Part shown: one piece after another, positions 40,669-49,569 of the stretch
How the letters are laid out: every line of letters begins with the position of its first letter
How positions within the stretch are numbered: the first letter of the stretch is position 1
Origin: a candidate division WOR-3 bacterium
Lineage (GTDB): Bacteria > Hydrothermota > Hydrothermia > LBFQ01
Reading direction: 5' to 3'
Length of the DNA: 64,000 nt
Assembly (NCBI GenBank): GCA_027050205.1
Contig: JALUCS010000132.1
Span: forward strand, 1 to 64,000
Made by a program: the position numbers and the translations under genes
The notes under the pieces: model-generated
What the model was told of the DNA's origin: nothing
Database searches by the model: none
The model's input: the letters and a program-made list of their open reading frames with translations, nothing else

Positions 40669-42482
40669 CTCTTGACTACCTTGAAGACCCTTCCGTCAAG
40701 CTTGATGAAGTAGACCCCCTTCGGGTAGGAGGTCAGGACGACCCTGTCCACCCTGCCGTGGAAGAGACGACGGCCCGTCTTATCGTAGACGGAGACCTCC
40801 CTCGGCGAGCCGAGGTCTATGACACCGTTGCGGTTGACGAAGAGGGCGCCCCTCTGGCCCCTCTCGTTGGCACCCGTGTACTGGAGGCTGGCCCCGACGA
40901 TGTAGAAGGCGAAGTCCGTAGCGTAGTTGTCCCTGTAAAGGCCCCAGGTACTGCCGTTGGTGGACTCAAAGGTCTGGAGGGAGAAGGGGTGGGTGGTATC
41001 CACGATGACGGAGGGACCGAGGCTGTCCGTCTGGAGGAAGGCCAGGAGGACGGGGCCGTTTACCGTTGCCCCCACGGGGAGGGGTATGATATAGGCCGTG
41101 TCGGGGTTGACGGTGACGTTCCACACGGCCAGGGTGTCCCCCACCTCTCCGAGGCTGCTGCCCTCGGTGGCGAGGAAGACGGGTGCGGTTATGGAGGAGC
41201 ATCCGGGTTCGGTGGAGGCGCACCCCGCCATCATAACTACGGCCGTGTCTATCCTGTAGGGGTAGTATCCGAAGTCAAACCGCACCATCCAGCCTCCCCC
41301 GGCGCTAAGCCAACGGGTGGAGAGGGGAGCGGCCATAACGGCGGTCAGGTCTATCCAACCTACGGTATCCTCGGCGGTCCAGTCTATGAGCCGTATCTCT
41401 ATCTTGGAGGTATCGTCGGCGTGGTAGAGGTCGGCATCGTTGCTGACGCGGAGGAAGGCGGTGTAGTAGTCCTTGGGGAAGGTGGAGAAGTCTATGTTGG
41501 AGAAGGAGACGGAGGCGTAGGATGAGGGGGGTATCTCCGGGACAGTGACGGTGTCGCTGTAGAGGATCAGGCCGTTGTACTTGCGGCGGATGGTCAGGAT
41601 GGCCTGGGTGTTGTACAGGGTGTCCGTCCCAGCGTTCACGACGTTAGCGACCGGAGTGAAGTTGGTTTCCCTGTCGCGAGCGATCACGACGCCGGAGTTC
41701 TCAAGGCCGGAGACCCTGTCGGGGAAGATGGCCCCACCCCTGGCGTCGGAGACGTGGAAGCTGGAGGAGTCGGGACGGTATATCCGTATGGCGAAGCTGT
41801 CCCTCGGCTCCCTTGAGGAGGGGGTGCCGTCCTCAAATATGCCCATACCGGGGTTGCCGAGTTCGGACTCCAGACCTATGGATATGGCGGGGCTACCTAT
41901 ACCGTAGTCGTAGCCGCCGGACTGGGGGCCGTAGTTGATGGTGATGGTACCGTCGGCCGTCAGGATGATCTGGAAGGTGTGGGAACCGTTGCAACCGCTC
42001 GCGTTGTTCCACCACGTAGCGACGTTCTCAAAGGTCACTACGAGGGAGTCCGTGCCGTTGCTCCAGTAGTATATGTCGCCCCCCGTACATTCGGGGTTGA
42101 GGTCCGCCCCAAGGCCCACGATGAGGTCGTTGGGTTGGGCGGGGTTGGGTACGCTGTTGCCATGGGGTACCCAGAAGTTGCCGCCATTGAACCCTATTGC
42201 CCCGTTGGAATGGATGTAGAACTGGCTAACCGTGTACCAGTAGAAGGGGAAGTCAAAGCCGATGTCAAAGGGTCCCCTTATGTCGTCGTCGGAGAGGGTT
42301 AGATGGACGGTGGAGGGGTCGGAGGACTTGTCCACCCAGACGTAGTCGGGTGCCAGCGACGAGGTGTCGTCGGACGTAACGGCAACGTAGCCGTACGGGT
42401 CCGTTATCACGTCCAGAGGCCTTATCTCGTAGGCCGTCTGGCTCCTTACACTGAAGTACGGAATTGCTGCGATCAGAAACAT
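40665..42482 (-). CDS. Secreted protein with nidogen-like/Ig-like regions and T9SS-CTD-like tail
   Basis: DPYGY, W.D, DD...GPF.IGF.FPFY, SNG.I.F, DL.P, TFQ.IL..DG.I...Y; tail VYDKTGR...PKGVYF...KVVKR. Confidence 0.75.
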   Translation of the reverse strand: MFLIAAIPYFSVRSQTAYEIRPLDVITDPYGYVAVTSDDTSSLAPDYVWVDKSSDPSTVHLTLSDDDIRGPFDIGFDFPFYWYTVSQFYIHSNGAIGFNGGNFWVPHGNSVPNPAQPNDLIVGLGADLNPECTGGDIYYWSNGTDSLVVTFENVATWWNNASGCNGSHTFQIILTADGTITINYGPQSGGYDYGIGSPAISIGLESELGNPGMGIFEDGTPSSREPRDSFAIRIYRPDSSSFHVSDARGGAIFPDRVSGLENSGVVIARDRETNFTPVANVVNAGTDTLYNTQAILTIRRKYNGLILYSDTVTVPEIPPSSYASVSFSNIDFSTFPKDYYTAFLRVSNDADLYHADDTSKIEIRLIDWTAEDTVGWIDLTAVMAAPLSTRWLSAGGGWMVRFDFGYYPYRIDTAVVMMAGCASTEPGCSSITAPVFLATEGSSLGEVGDTLAVWNVTVNPDTAYIIPLPVGATVNGPVLLAFLQTDSLGPSVIVDTTHPFSLQTFESTNGSTWGLYRDNYATDFAFYIVGASLQYTGANERGQRGALFVNRNGVIDLGSPREVSVYDKTGRRLFHGRVDRVVLTSYPKGVYFIKLDGRVFKVVKR

Positions 42483-42531
42483 ACTCCCCCTATTCTAACG
42501 GGGATATGGGGGACGTTGGGATGGGTTTGGA

Positions 42532-43641
42532 CTACGATGCGGCAAGGACCCCCCTGAAGACGTAGCCGAGGGCGAAGGCGTTCGCCACGAGGGCCGACCC
42601 CCCGTAGGACACGAAGGGTAAGGGGAGACCGGTAGGGGGTAGGAGGCCCAGATTAACGGCTATGTGGACGAGGGAGAAGGTTGAGAAGGTCACGATGAAC
42701 CCCACCATAACGAAACGCCTGAAGGGGTCCCCGTTCCTCTGGGCGGCCCAAAGCCCTATCCACGTTATGCCGAATATTGAGAGGAGTATCCAGAGGGCGC
42801 CTCCGGGGATGCCGAGGAGTCCGTACTCCTCAAAGAGGTTGGAGAAGGCGTAGTCCTTGTCGGCGGAGGGGAGGTATCCCAACTTCTGGAGGCCCATACC
42901 CGGCCCTTTACCGAGGAACCCACCCCGCAGTATGGAAACCTTCGCCTGCACCACTTGGGCGGCCTTGTAGGAGGCTCCCCCCTTTCCAAGGAATATCCTC
43001 ACCCTCTCCCGGACGTGTCCGAAGAGGTTGTATGCCAAAAACCCCAAAAATACGGCAAAGATGGCGGAGGCCACCATCTGTGGCACCGTTGCCCCCAAGA
43101 GGAATAGGGTTATTACGACGGAGAGGAGCAAGACGACGGCGGTTGAGAAGTTGGGCTGAAAGAGGATGAGGAAACTAACGAGGGCTGCTATCCCCAGAGC
43201 TTTCCAGAACGTGCGCACTATACGGGTTCCCCGCTCCGGGGCGGAGATGTGGGCGAGGAACATTATCAGGGTGTACTTGACGAACTCGGAGGGCTGAACC
43301 GTAAAGGGGCCTAAGGCCAGCCATCGGGTCGCTCCCCCAAAGGCCTTACCGGCGACGTAGGTCATAGCAAGGAGACCGAGGGAGGCGTAGAAGACCCACT
43401 TCACCCACTCACCGTCCTTGAACCTATAGACCCACATACCGAAGAGGAAGGCGAAAACGCCAAGGAGGAGGCGGAGGACGTTTTTGGCCGCAAAATCGAC
43501 GGCCGACGTACCGTAGACCACCGACTTGTACATAAAGACGCTCCACTGTAGTAGGAGGCCGGAGACCACCAACCATACGATGGCGAGGACGTATAGGACG
43601 ACTCGGTTCCTGAAGTCGCCCTTACTTCGCCTGCGACTCAT
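42532..43641 (-). CDS. ftsW: SEDS family peptidoglycan polymerase FtsW/RodA
   Basis: GATRWL.LG..T.QPSEF.K, QP.F.TA, GG..GKG.G.G.QK..YLP.A..DY, P.TG.PLPF.SYGGS. Confidence 0.88.
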   Translation of the reverse strand: MSRRRSKGDFRNRVVLYVLAIVWLVVSGLLLQWSVFMYKSVVYGTSAVDFAAKNVLRLLLGVFAFLFGMWVYRFKDGEWVKWVFYASLGLLAMTYVAGKAFGGATRWLALGPFTVQPSEFVKYTLIMFLAHISAPERGTRIVRTFWKALGIAALVSFLILFQPNFSTAVVLLLSVVITLFLLGATVPQMVASAIFAVFLGFLAYNLFGHVRERVRIFLGKGGASYKAAQVVQAKVSILRGGFLGKGPGMGLQKLGYLPSADKDYAFSNLFEEYGLLGIPGGALWILLSIFGITWIGLWAAQRNGDPFRRFVMVGFIVTFSTFSLVHIAVNLGLLPPTGLPLPFVSYGGSALVANAFALGYVFRGVLAAS

Positions 43642-45358
43642 CCTTGGGCAACCTCTTTACGAAGGTCTGGACCTCGTTTCCGTAGATGTTCAGACGGGAT
43701 ACCCTCTCTCCGTACCTCTCCTGAAGCTCCTCCCTCTCCTCCCTGGATAGAGGTTGCCTGCTAACTACGGACGTAACGAGGTATCGGGAGACGGTGGTTG
43801 AGTAGGTGGCCTTGTTCGGTTGCTGCTTGCGGTTCTTCTTTTCGCTCTCCTCAAGGAAGGCCTCAACGGAGGAGAAGATGTGGGATATTATCCGGGCTAT
43901 GACCTCCGTAGGCTCCATTATCCGTAGCTCGTCCTTGAGGGAGTAGAATATGCTGCCGATGAACTTGCGGGGGACGTTCTCGGCGAGGATCTCGTAGAGG
44001 GTCGTCAATTTGCGGTAGTTTATCTTACGGAGGCTCTCGTCAAAGTCCCTGACCTTGCCGAAGAGGGATATGAAGACCCCCTTGACCTTGTCGTGGACGT
44101 GTCTCATAGGTACGTTAGGCTGGAGCTTCAGGACGTACAGCCCTATCTTCCGGTCCTCCCCCTTCAGGAACTTCACGATGACTTCCTGTACCGTGAACCT
44201 ATGCTCCTTGAAGACCTCCTCCAACCGGTCCTCGGCCTCGTCCTCCGTCTCACCGAGGAGGGGACCTACGGCCGACGTTCGGTATATGTTTTTGTTCATC
44301 CGCATGGTTAGAAGCTGGGGGATGCCGCTCTCCTTGTACTCCCTTATCAGCCGGTCGCTAACCATCCTCCCGAAAATTTCCTCACCGGGAGCTATCTCGT
44401 CCTCCCCTTCATGGGTGTCGGTGAGGTTCTGAAGTTCCGCCCTTAGGCTCATAATACGGTGTTGATACGTTCCGTCTATCTCCACCCTAACTACGGCTAT
44501 GCCGTCCGGTAGAATGAACTCCTTGCGGTACCTCTCCACTATCCCCTGGCCCCTGAAGATGTGGAGGACGTCGCTCAACTTTACGAGTCCGGACCTCCCC
44601 ACCACGGTAAAGCCTATCATCGTCTGGTCTCTCTTATGCTCCGGTCCGACCTTGAATATGTGGTAGCCCACGAAGACGTTGTCGGGTTTCTCCCGCGCCT
44701 TTTCAGCCAGTTCTACCTGCATCTTCACTATCTCGGCGAGGGTCCTGGGGGACCTCTCCTCCAGGTAGGCTACGGTCCGGGAGCGGATGAACTTTATGAG
44801 CTCTCCGTCCTCCCCCACTATCTTGGCCTTCATTCGCTCGGACATCTTCCCCTCCTCCATCATCCTGTCTATCTCCTTCAGGACCCTATCGTACACCCGC
44901 AGTTTGCGGCCCTCGGCACCGAGGAGGGTCCGGATGTCCAAACCTCCCTTGGCGACGGTGCGGAGGAGGGAGACCATCTCCTCCCTGTCCCTCTTGAGCC
45001 GCTCCCGATCCATCTCCCCCATCTCGGCTATCTTCATTATTACGACGGAGTAGGGGGTGTCCTCTATCTGGATACCGAACAGCATAGAGAGGTTGTAGCC
45101 CTTGTCGTGGATTACGGCGAGGGAGGCGTCGGACAGACCTGGCCAGTCCATCGCGGCCACGAGAAAATACACCTCTCCGTCCAGCTCTGTTACCCTCACC
45201 TGCGGTACCCTCCTCTCCTCCAGGTCAAGGAGCATATCTACGACGTCCTCCTTTAGGGGGGAGGGTACCTCCAGACGGAGGGACCTCCTTACCTTGTCCT
45301 CTATCTCCCCCTTGAGGCTTAAGGTACGCTGAAGCTCCGTAGATCCTTCTGAAGCCAT
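43622..45358 (-). CDS. Hypothetical protein with ACT-like domain(s)
   Basis: Host codon usage; D.PGL......I...G.N ACT-like motif; no catalytic motif recognised. Confidence 0.65.
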   Translation of the reverse strand: MASEGSTELQRTLSLKGEIEDKVRRSLRLEVPSPLKEDVVDMLLDLEERRVPQVRVTELDGEVYFLVAAMDWPGLSDASLAVIHDKGYNLSMLFGIQIEDTPYSVVIMKIAEMGEMDRERLKRDREEMVSLLRTVAKGGLDIRTLLGAEGRKLRVYDRVLKEIDRMMEEGKMSERMKAKIVGEDGELIKFIRSRTVAYLEERSPRTLAEIVKMQVELAEKAREKPDNVFVGYHIFKVGPEHKRDQTMIGFTVVGRSGLVKLSDVLHIFRGQGIVERYRKEFILPDGIAVVRVEIDGTYQHRIMSLRAELQNLTDTHEGEDEIAPGEEIFGRMVSDRLIREYKESGIPQLLTMRMNKNIYRTSAVGPLLGETEDEAEDRLEEVFKEHRFTVQEVIVKFLKGEDRKIGLYVLKLQPNVPMRHVHDKVKGVFISLFGKVRDFDESLRKINYRKLTTLYEILAENVPRKFIGSIFYSLKDELRIMEPTEVIARIISHIFSSVEAFLEESEKKNRKQQPNKATYSTTVSRYLVTSVVSRQPLSREEREELQERYGERVSRLNIYGNEVQTFVKRLPKDESQAK

Positions 45359-46146
45359 TTCGTTCCGCTCGTATCCCTAAGGTTTCGCTCTATACGCTTC
45401 ACGACACCCACGTAGGGGGTCCACCAGAAGTAGGAGTTGAGGTTTATCCATAGGCCCATGTTGAGGACGTGGAGGGTCGTCCTGTACTGCACCTTTTGGG
45501 CGCAGAAGTCCTGGGTCCCCACGGTGTAGGTGGTGGTGTCCCTTACGATGGCCGTTATGCGGTACTCTATGGTGTCGGGAGTGCCACCGTCCCCTCCTAT
45601 GTAGTCGGCAGGGGGTAGAGTGTCCCAGTCCGTGGAGATGCTGTCCCCTTCCCTAAGGGGATACCAGGCAAAGGGCGACTCGGCCACTACGGTTATGGGG
45701 GTACCTCCCCCGATGGATGTGGTCTTTACGACCCTCATATAGAGGGTGTCGCCCCGGAGGAAGACGAAGGCCGTATCTTCCGCCCCGTCGTACGGGCCGC
45801 CGGAGTAGGAGGTCACCCAGGTGCTGTCGTTTATCATAGAGACGGTCTCGTCCCAAACGTTGCCCGTTGGGTTGAGGACACTGTCGGACGTGGAGTCTAA
45901 GGAGGTTCCCTCAAAGACCTGGTAGGACCACGAGGAACCGACGACCAGAGGAAAGTACCCGGCGCTCCCCGTGTCGGGACAGGAGACTCCCCCGACGTAG
46001 GAGGAATCAGAAGGGGAAGGTGTCCTGGAGGAGTCGGGGCAGAACTCGGAGTTAGGGTAATCCTCGCAGAAGTTCTTATCGCAACTCCCCGCTACGATAC
46101 CCCCAACGCCTACGACTACAAAAGTTAAAAGGAGACCTTTCCGCAT
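45319..46146 (-). CDS. Hypothetical lipoprotein
   Basis: Start moved to ATG 46146 (TATAAT upstream); MRK...AGSC lipobox; YFPL.VG..W.Y and WW.P.VG.VK motifs. Confidence 0.75.
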   Translation of the reverse strand: MRKGLLLTFVVVGVGGIVAGSCDKNFCEDYPNSEFCPDSSRTPSPSDSSYVGGVSCPDTGSAGYFPLVVGSSWSYQVFEGTSLDSTSDSVLNPTGNVWDETVSMINDSTWVTSYSGGPYDGAEDTAFVFLRGDTLYMRVVKTTSIGGGTPITVVAESPFAWYPLREGDSISTDWDTLPPADYIGGDGGTPDTIEYRITAIVRDTTTYTVGTQDFCAQKVQYRTTLHVLNMGLWINLNSYFWWTPYVGVVKRIERNLRDTSGTKWLQKDLRSFSVP

Positions 46147-46198
46147 TTCGGTCTGTATTATACTGGTGTAATGCGTCCGGGCGATAGGGGTTAAAAAG

Positions 46199-46271
46199 TG
46201 GGGCCGGCAGGACTCGAACCTGCAACCCACGGATTATGAGTCCGCTGCTCTGCCTGTTGAGCTACGGCCCC
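46199..46271 (-). tRNA. tRNA with CAT anticodon, most likely tRNA-Ile2 (lysidine)
   Basis: GGGGCCGTAGCTCAA...AGAGCAGCGGA-CTCATAA-TCCGT...GTTCGAGTCC; fully paired 1-72 (not initiator); loop resembles Ile2. Confidence 0.88.
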
Positions 46272-46975
46272 TAAGGGTATGTATTATAAGGCCGTTCAAT
46301 CTCCTATAGGGGCGGGGGACGGAGTCCTACCAACGTCTCTCCCCCTTAGAGGCGAAATTCCCAACCGTGGCTATGCGTCGGGGAAGGGATTACGGAGGCG
46401 TAATATCGTAAGGTATCTGGCGACATAACCGAGCCGTTGAAGTAGTACGGGGGTCTCGCATCCCGATCTTATCTAAAACGATGGAACTACACCCTCTACG
46501 GTTTCAAAAATTTATACGAAAATTTGCAAAAATTTTAGTTTCTTAAAGATTAATTAGTTCGAGAAAGAATCGCGTTTTATCTCAAAATTACGCTTATAGA
46601 GGAATACAATGAAATATTGTGTAATTTACATATTTAAGGACTAAAAGTAAAATTTTAAGAAATCAGAACTTATTCTTTTAATAAGCAAAAAATTGAACTT
46701 TAAGCTCACCGCACCCTCCATTAACGAATTTTGAACGACGTTAAGTGATACGACCTACCCTTCGGGAAATTTAGCATAAACGTCCATCCAGATTCACCGT
46801 AGGTACCTTCCAAAAACCGGAATTGAACTTCAAAGATTTAGTACCGGTGATGTAGGGAGTTTCACCCCGATGGCCCCTCTGATGTTGTCGCTCCATACGC
46901 TGAATACCCTTGCCCCCATTCGGTAATAAGCACTTTCCCGCTCCCTTTACGAGGGAATGACGCCGACGACCGAGA

Positions 46976-48769
46976 TTACTTCCCCTCCTTCCCCTCGGCG
47001 CTCATAAGAACGAGGAAGGCCTCCTGCGGTACCTCTATCTTCCCTATCTGCTTCAGCCTCTTCTTCCCCCTCTTCTGCTTCTCAAGGAGCTTGCGCTTAC
47101 GGGTTATGTCTCCGCCGTAGCACTTGGCCGTGACGTCCTTCCGTATGGGCGGGATCCTCTCCTTGGCTATCACCTTCCGGCCGATGGCAGCCTGTATGTT
47201 CACCTCAAAGAGTTGGCGGGGTATCACCTTCCGAAGCCTCTGCACCAACTCTCTCCCCACCCTGTAGGCCTTGTCCCTCGGTACAACGACGGCGAAGGCG
47301 TCCACCTTCTCACCGTTGATGAGTATGTCTAACCTGACGAGGTCCGACTCCCTCCACCCGGCCATCTCGTAGTCCATGGAGGCGTACCCCCGGCTGACCG
47401 ACTTCAGGTGGTCAAAGAAGTCGTAGAGTATCTCGGAGAGGGGTATCTCGTACTCAAGGACGGCCACCTTGTGGCCTATGTAGTGGAAGCCCACCTGCTT
47501 CCCCCTCCGGCTTATCGCCAACTGCATTACGGGGCCGACGTACTCGTCGGGGGTCAGTATCTGGAGCTTCACGTAAGGCTCGTAGGCCTTCTCGTAGGTG
47601 TCGGGGAAGTCCGTGGGTGAGGTTATTATCCTCTCGGTGCCGTCCTTCAGGAGGACCTTGTACTCAACTGTGGGCTGGGTTATTATCACCTCTATGCCGT
47701 ACTCCCTCCTCAACCTCTCCTTGAAGATCTCAAGGTGTAGCAGGCCCAGAAAGCCGCACTTGAAACCGGAGCCGAGGGCGGGGGAGTACTGGGGTTGCAC
47801 GTGTATGGCGGCGTCGTTCAGGCGAAGTTTCTCTATGGCCTTCGTCAGGTCGGGGTAGTCGCCGGGGTCTACAGGGAAGATGCTGGCCCACACCATAGGC
47901 TTCGGCTCCCTGTATCCGGGTACGGGTATCACCTTGCTGCCCTTAAGGCGGATGGTGTCTCCCACGCGGGCGCTCCTTATGTCCCGTATGTTGGCCATTA
48001 TGTAGCCCACCTCACCGGCCGATAACTTCTCGGCGGGGACGAAGCGTCTGGGCGGGTATATGTGGCCCACCTCCACCACCTCGTACTCCTCACCGGAGGA
48101 GGCGAACTCTATCCGATCTCCCTTCCTGACCTCTCCGCCAAAGATACGGACGAAGGGGACGGCCCCCCTGTGGTCGTTCCAGACGGCGTCAAACACGAGG
48201 GCCACCAACTCCTTCCCCATCTCCCTCGGTTGGGGGATGTCCCTGACTATCCTGCGGAGGAGTTCGTCTATCCCCGTCCCCAACTTGGCGGATATGAGGA
48301 CGGGTTCAACGTCGCCAAGGAGGTCCATTATCTCCTCGTAGGTGGCGTCTATATCGGCATTTGGCAGGTCAATCTTGTTTATTACCGGTATTATCTCAAG
48401 GTCCTGTTCCAGAGCGAGGTAGAGGTTGGAGACCGTCTGGGCCTCCACCCCCTGTGTAGCGTCCACCAAGAGCAAGGCCCCCTCAACCGCGGCGAGGCTG
48501 CGGGAGACCTCGTAGGTGAAGTCCACGTGGCCAGGTGTGTCTATTATGTGGAAGACGTAATCCTCCCCGTCCACCTTCATCGGGAGCCTCACGGGGTGCA
48601 TCTTTATGGTTATCCCCTTCTCCCTTTCAAGGTCCATGCTGTCAAGGAGCTGCTCCTCCATCTTGGAGGCCCGGAGGATGCCGGAACGCTCTATCAGACG
48701 GTCGGCGAGGGTGGATTTCCCGTGGTCTATATGCGCTATTATGGTGAAGTTCCGTATTCGGGATAGCAC
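46976..48769 (-). CDS. lepA: Translation elongation factor 4
   Basis: IRNF.IIAHIDHGKSTLADRL, DTPGHVDF.YEVSRSL, GFLGLLH, KCYGGDITRKRKLLEKQK.GK. Confidence 0.98.
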   Translation of the reverse strand: MLSRIRNFTIIAHIDHGKSTLADRLIERSGILRASKMEEQLLDSMDLEREKGITIKMHPVRLPMKVDGEDYVFHIIDTPGHVDFTYEVSRSLAAVEGALLLVDATQGVEAQTVSNLYLALEQDLEIIPVINKIDLPNADIDATYEEIMDLLGDVEPVLISAKLGTGIDELLRRIVRDIPQPREMGKELVALVFDAVWNDHRGAVPFVRIFGGEVRKGDRIEFASSGEEYEVVEVGHIYPPRRFVPAEKLSAGEVGYIMANIRDIRSARVGDTIRLKGSKVIPVPGYREPKPMVWASIFPVDPGDYPDLTKAIEKLRLNDAAIHVQPQYSPALGSGFKCGFLGLLHLEIFKERLRREYGIEVIITQPTVEYKVLLKDGTERIITSPTDFPDTYEKAYEPYVKLQILTPDEYVGPVMQLAISRRGKQVGFHYIGHKVAVLEYEIPLSEILYDFFDHLKSVSRGYASMDYEMAGWRESDLVRLDILINGEKVDAFAVVVPRDKAYRVGRELVQRLRKVIPRQLFEVNIQAAIGRKVIAKERIPPIRKDVTAKCYGGDITRKRKLLEKQKRGKKRLKQIGKIEVPQEAFLVLMSAEGKEGK

Positions 48770-48821
48770 GAAACAATTCTAATCCCGTACGGTCATGGGC
48801 CGTCCGTCGTATAATCTTCCC

Positions 48822-49511
48822 TTGGAGTTAGTGGTAGATGCCGGGAACTTCTCCGTAAAGATCGGTCTCTTCAAGGGAAACAGGCTCGTCCTACGCATAG
48901 CCTCATCCTACGCTCTACTACCCTCCGCCGCCCGGAGCCTTCCGGAGTACGACAGGGGTCTCGTCGTATCCGTCGCCTACGAGCTTGATGGCTACCTACT
49001 GCGACTGTTTCCGAAGACCCGCCCCCTCGTCCCCTCCCGTCTCCCCATCCCCACCCGCTACTCCCCAAGTACCCTCGGCCCCGACAGGCTCGCTGCCGCC
49101 TACCCCTTCATCCGCAGGAGGGAGAACGCCATCGTGGTGGTGTGCGGTTCGGCCATAACCGTAAACGTCGTAAAAGATGGTGTCTTTCTCGGTGGCCCCA
49201 TCTTACCATCCTTCCATAGGCTCCGCTCCGCCTACCTCTCACTCTCTATGATGGCCCGGAGGCTCCACCCCGACAGCCGAAGGGCGATAGAGGAAGGGGT
49301 TAGGTACGCCGTTCTGGGGGGCGTGAGGGAGGTGATCAGGGACGTAGAGAGGAGGTTCGGGATAAGGAGGAAGTACCTGACGGGAGGGTGCGTCCACGAG
49401 CTCAAGGTGGGGGGGAAGGTCCTGCCCGACCTCGTCCTCTTCGGGGGGCGTATGCTCCTTGAGGAGTTCTGGGATCTTGGGTTATCCTCTCCTCCCTCTC
49501 ACCCTTTATAG
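48822..49511 (+). CDS. coaX: Type III pantothenate kinase
   Basis: VD.GN...K, SV, LG.DR, G.A.T, GG.I.P, LTGG, LVL.G; start moved to TTG 48822 (TATAAT 6 nt upstream). Confidence 0.82.
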   Translation: MELVVDAGNFSVKIGLFKGNRLVLRIASSYALLPSAARSLPEYDRGLVVSVAYELDGYLLRLFPKTRPLVPSRLPIPTRYSPSTLGPDRLAAAYPFIRRRENAIVVVCGSAITVNVVKDGVFLGGPILPSFHRLRSAYLSLSMMARRLHPDSRRAIEEGVRYAVLGGVREVIRDVERRFGIRRKYLTGGCVHELKVGGKVLPDLVLFGGRMLLEEFWDLGLSSPPSHPL

Positions 49512-49569
49512 GACAGTAAACAAAACAAACAAAAAAATGGGATTAGTGGCTAAATTCTTAAAGAGGAGG

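Noticed and set aside
45319..46230. ORF-track N-terminal extension overlapping the tRNA
   Set aside because: The extension runs through the tRNA; the lipoprotein signal and -10 box support ATG 46146
35255..46790. Short shared words between AT blocks (ATAAACGTCC; TCCTACCAA)
   Set aside because: 9-10 nt matches are expected by chance between regions this long
46199..46975. tRNA-targeted integrative element
   Set aside because: The AT block is on the tRNA 5' side; no duplicated tRNA 3' end or integrase was seen
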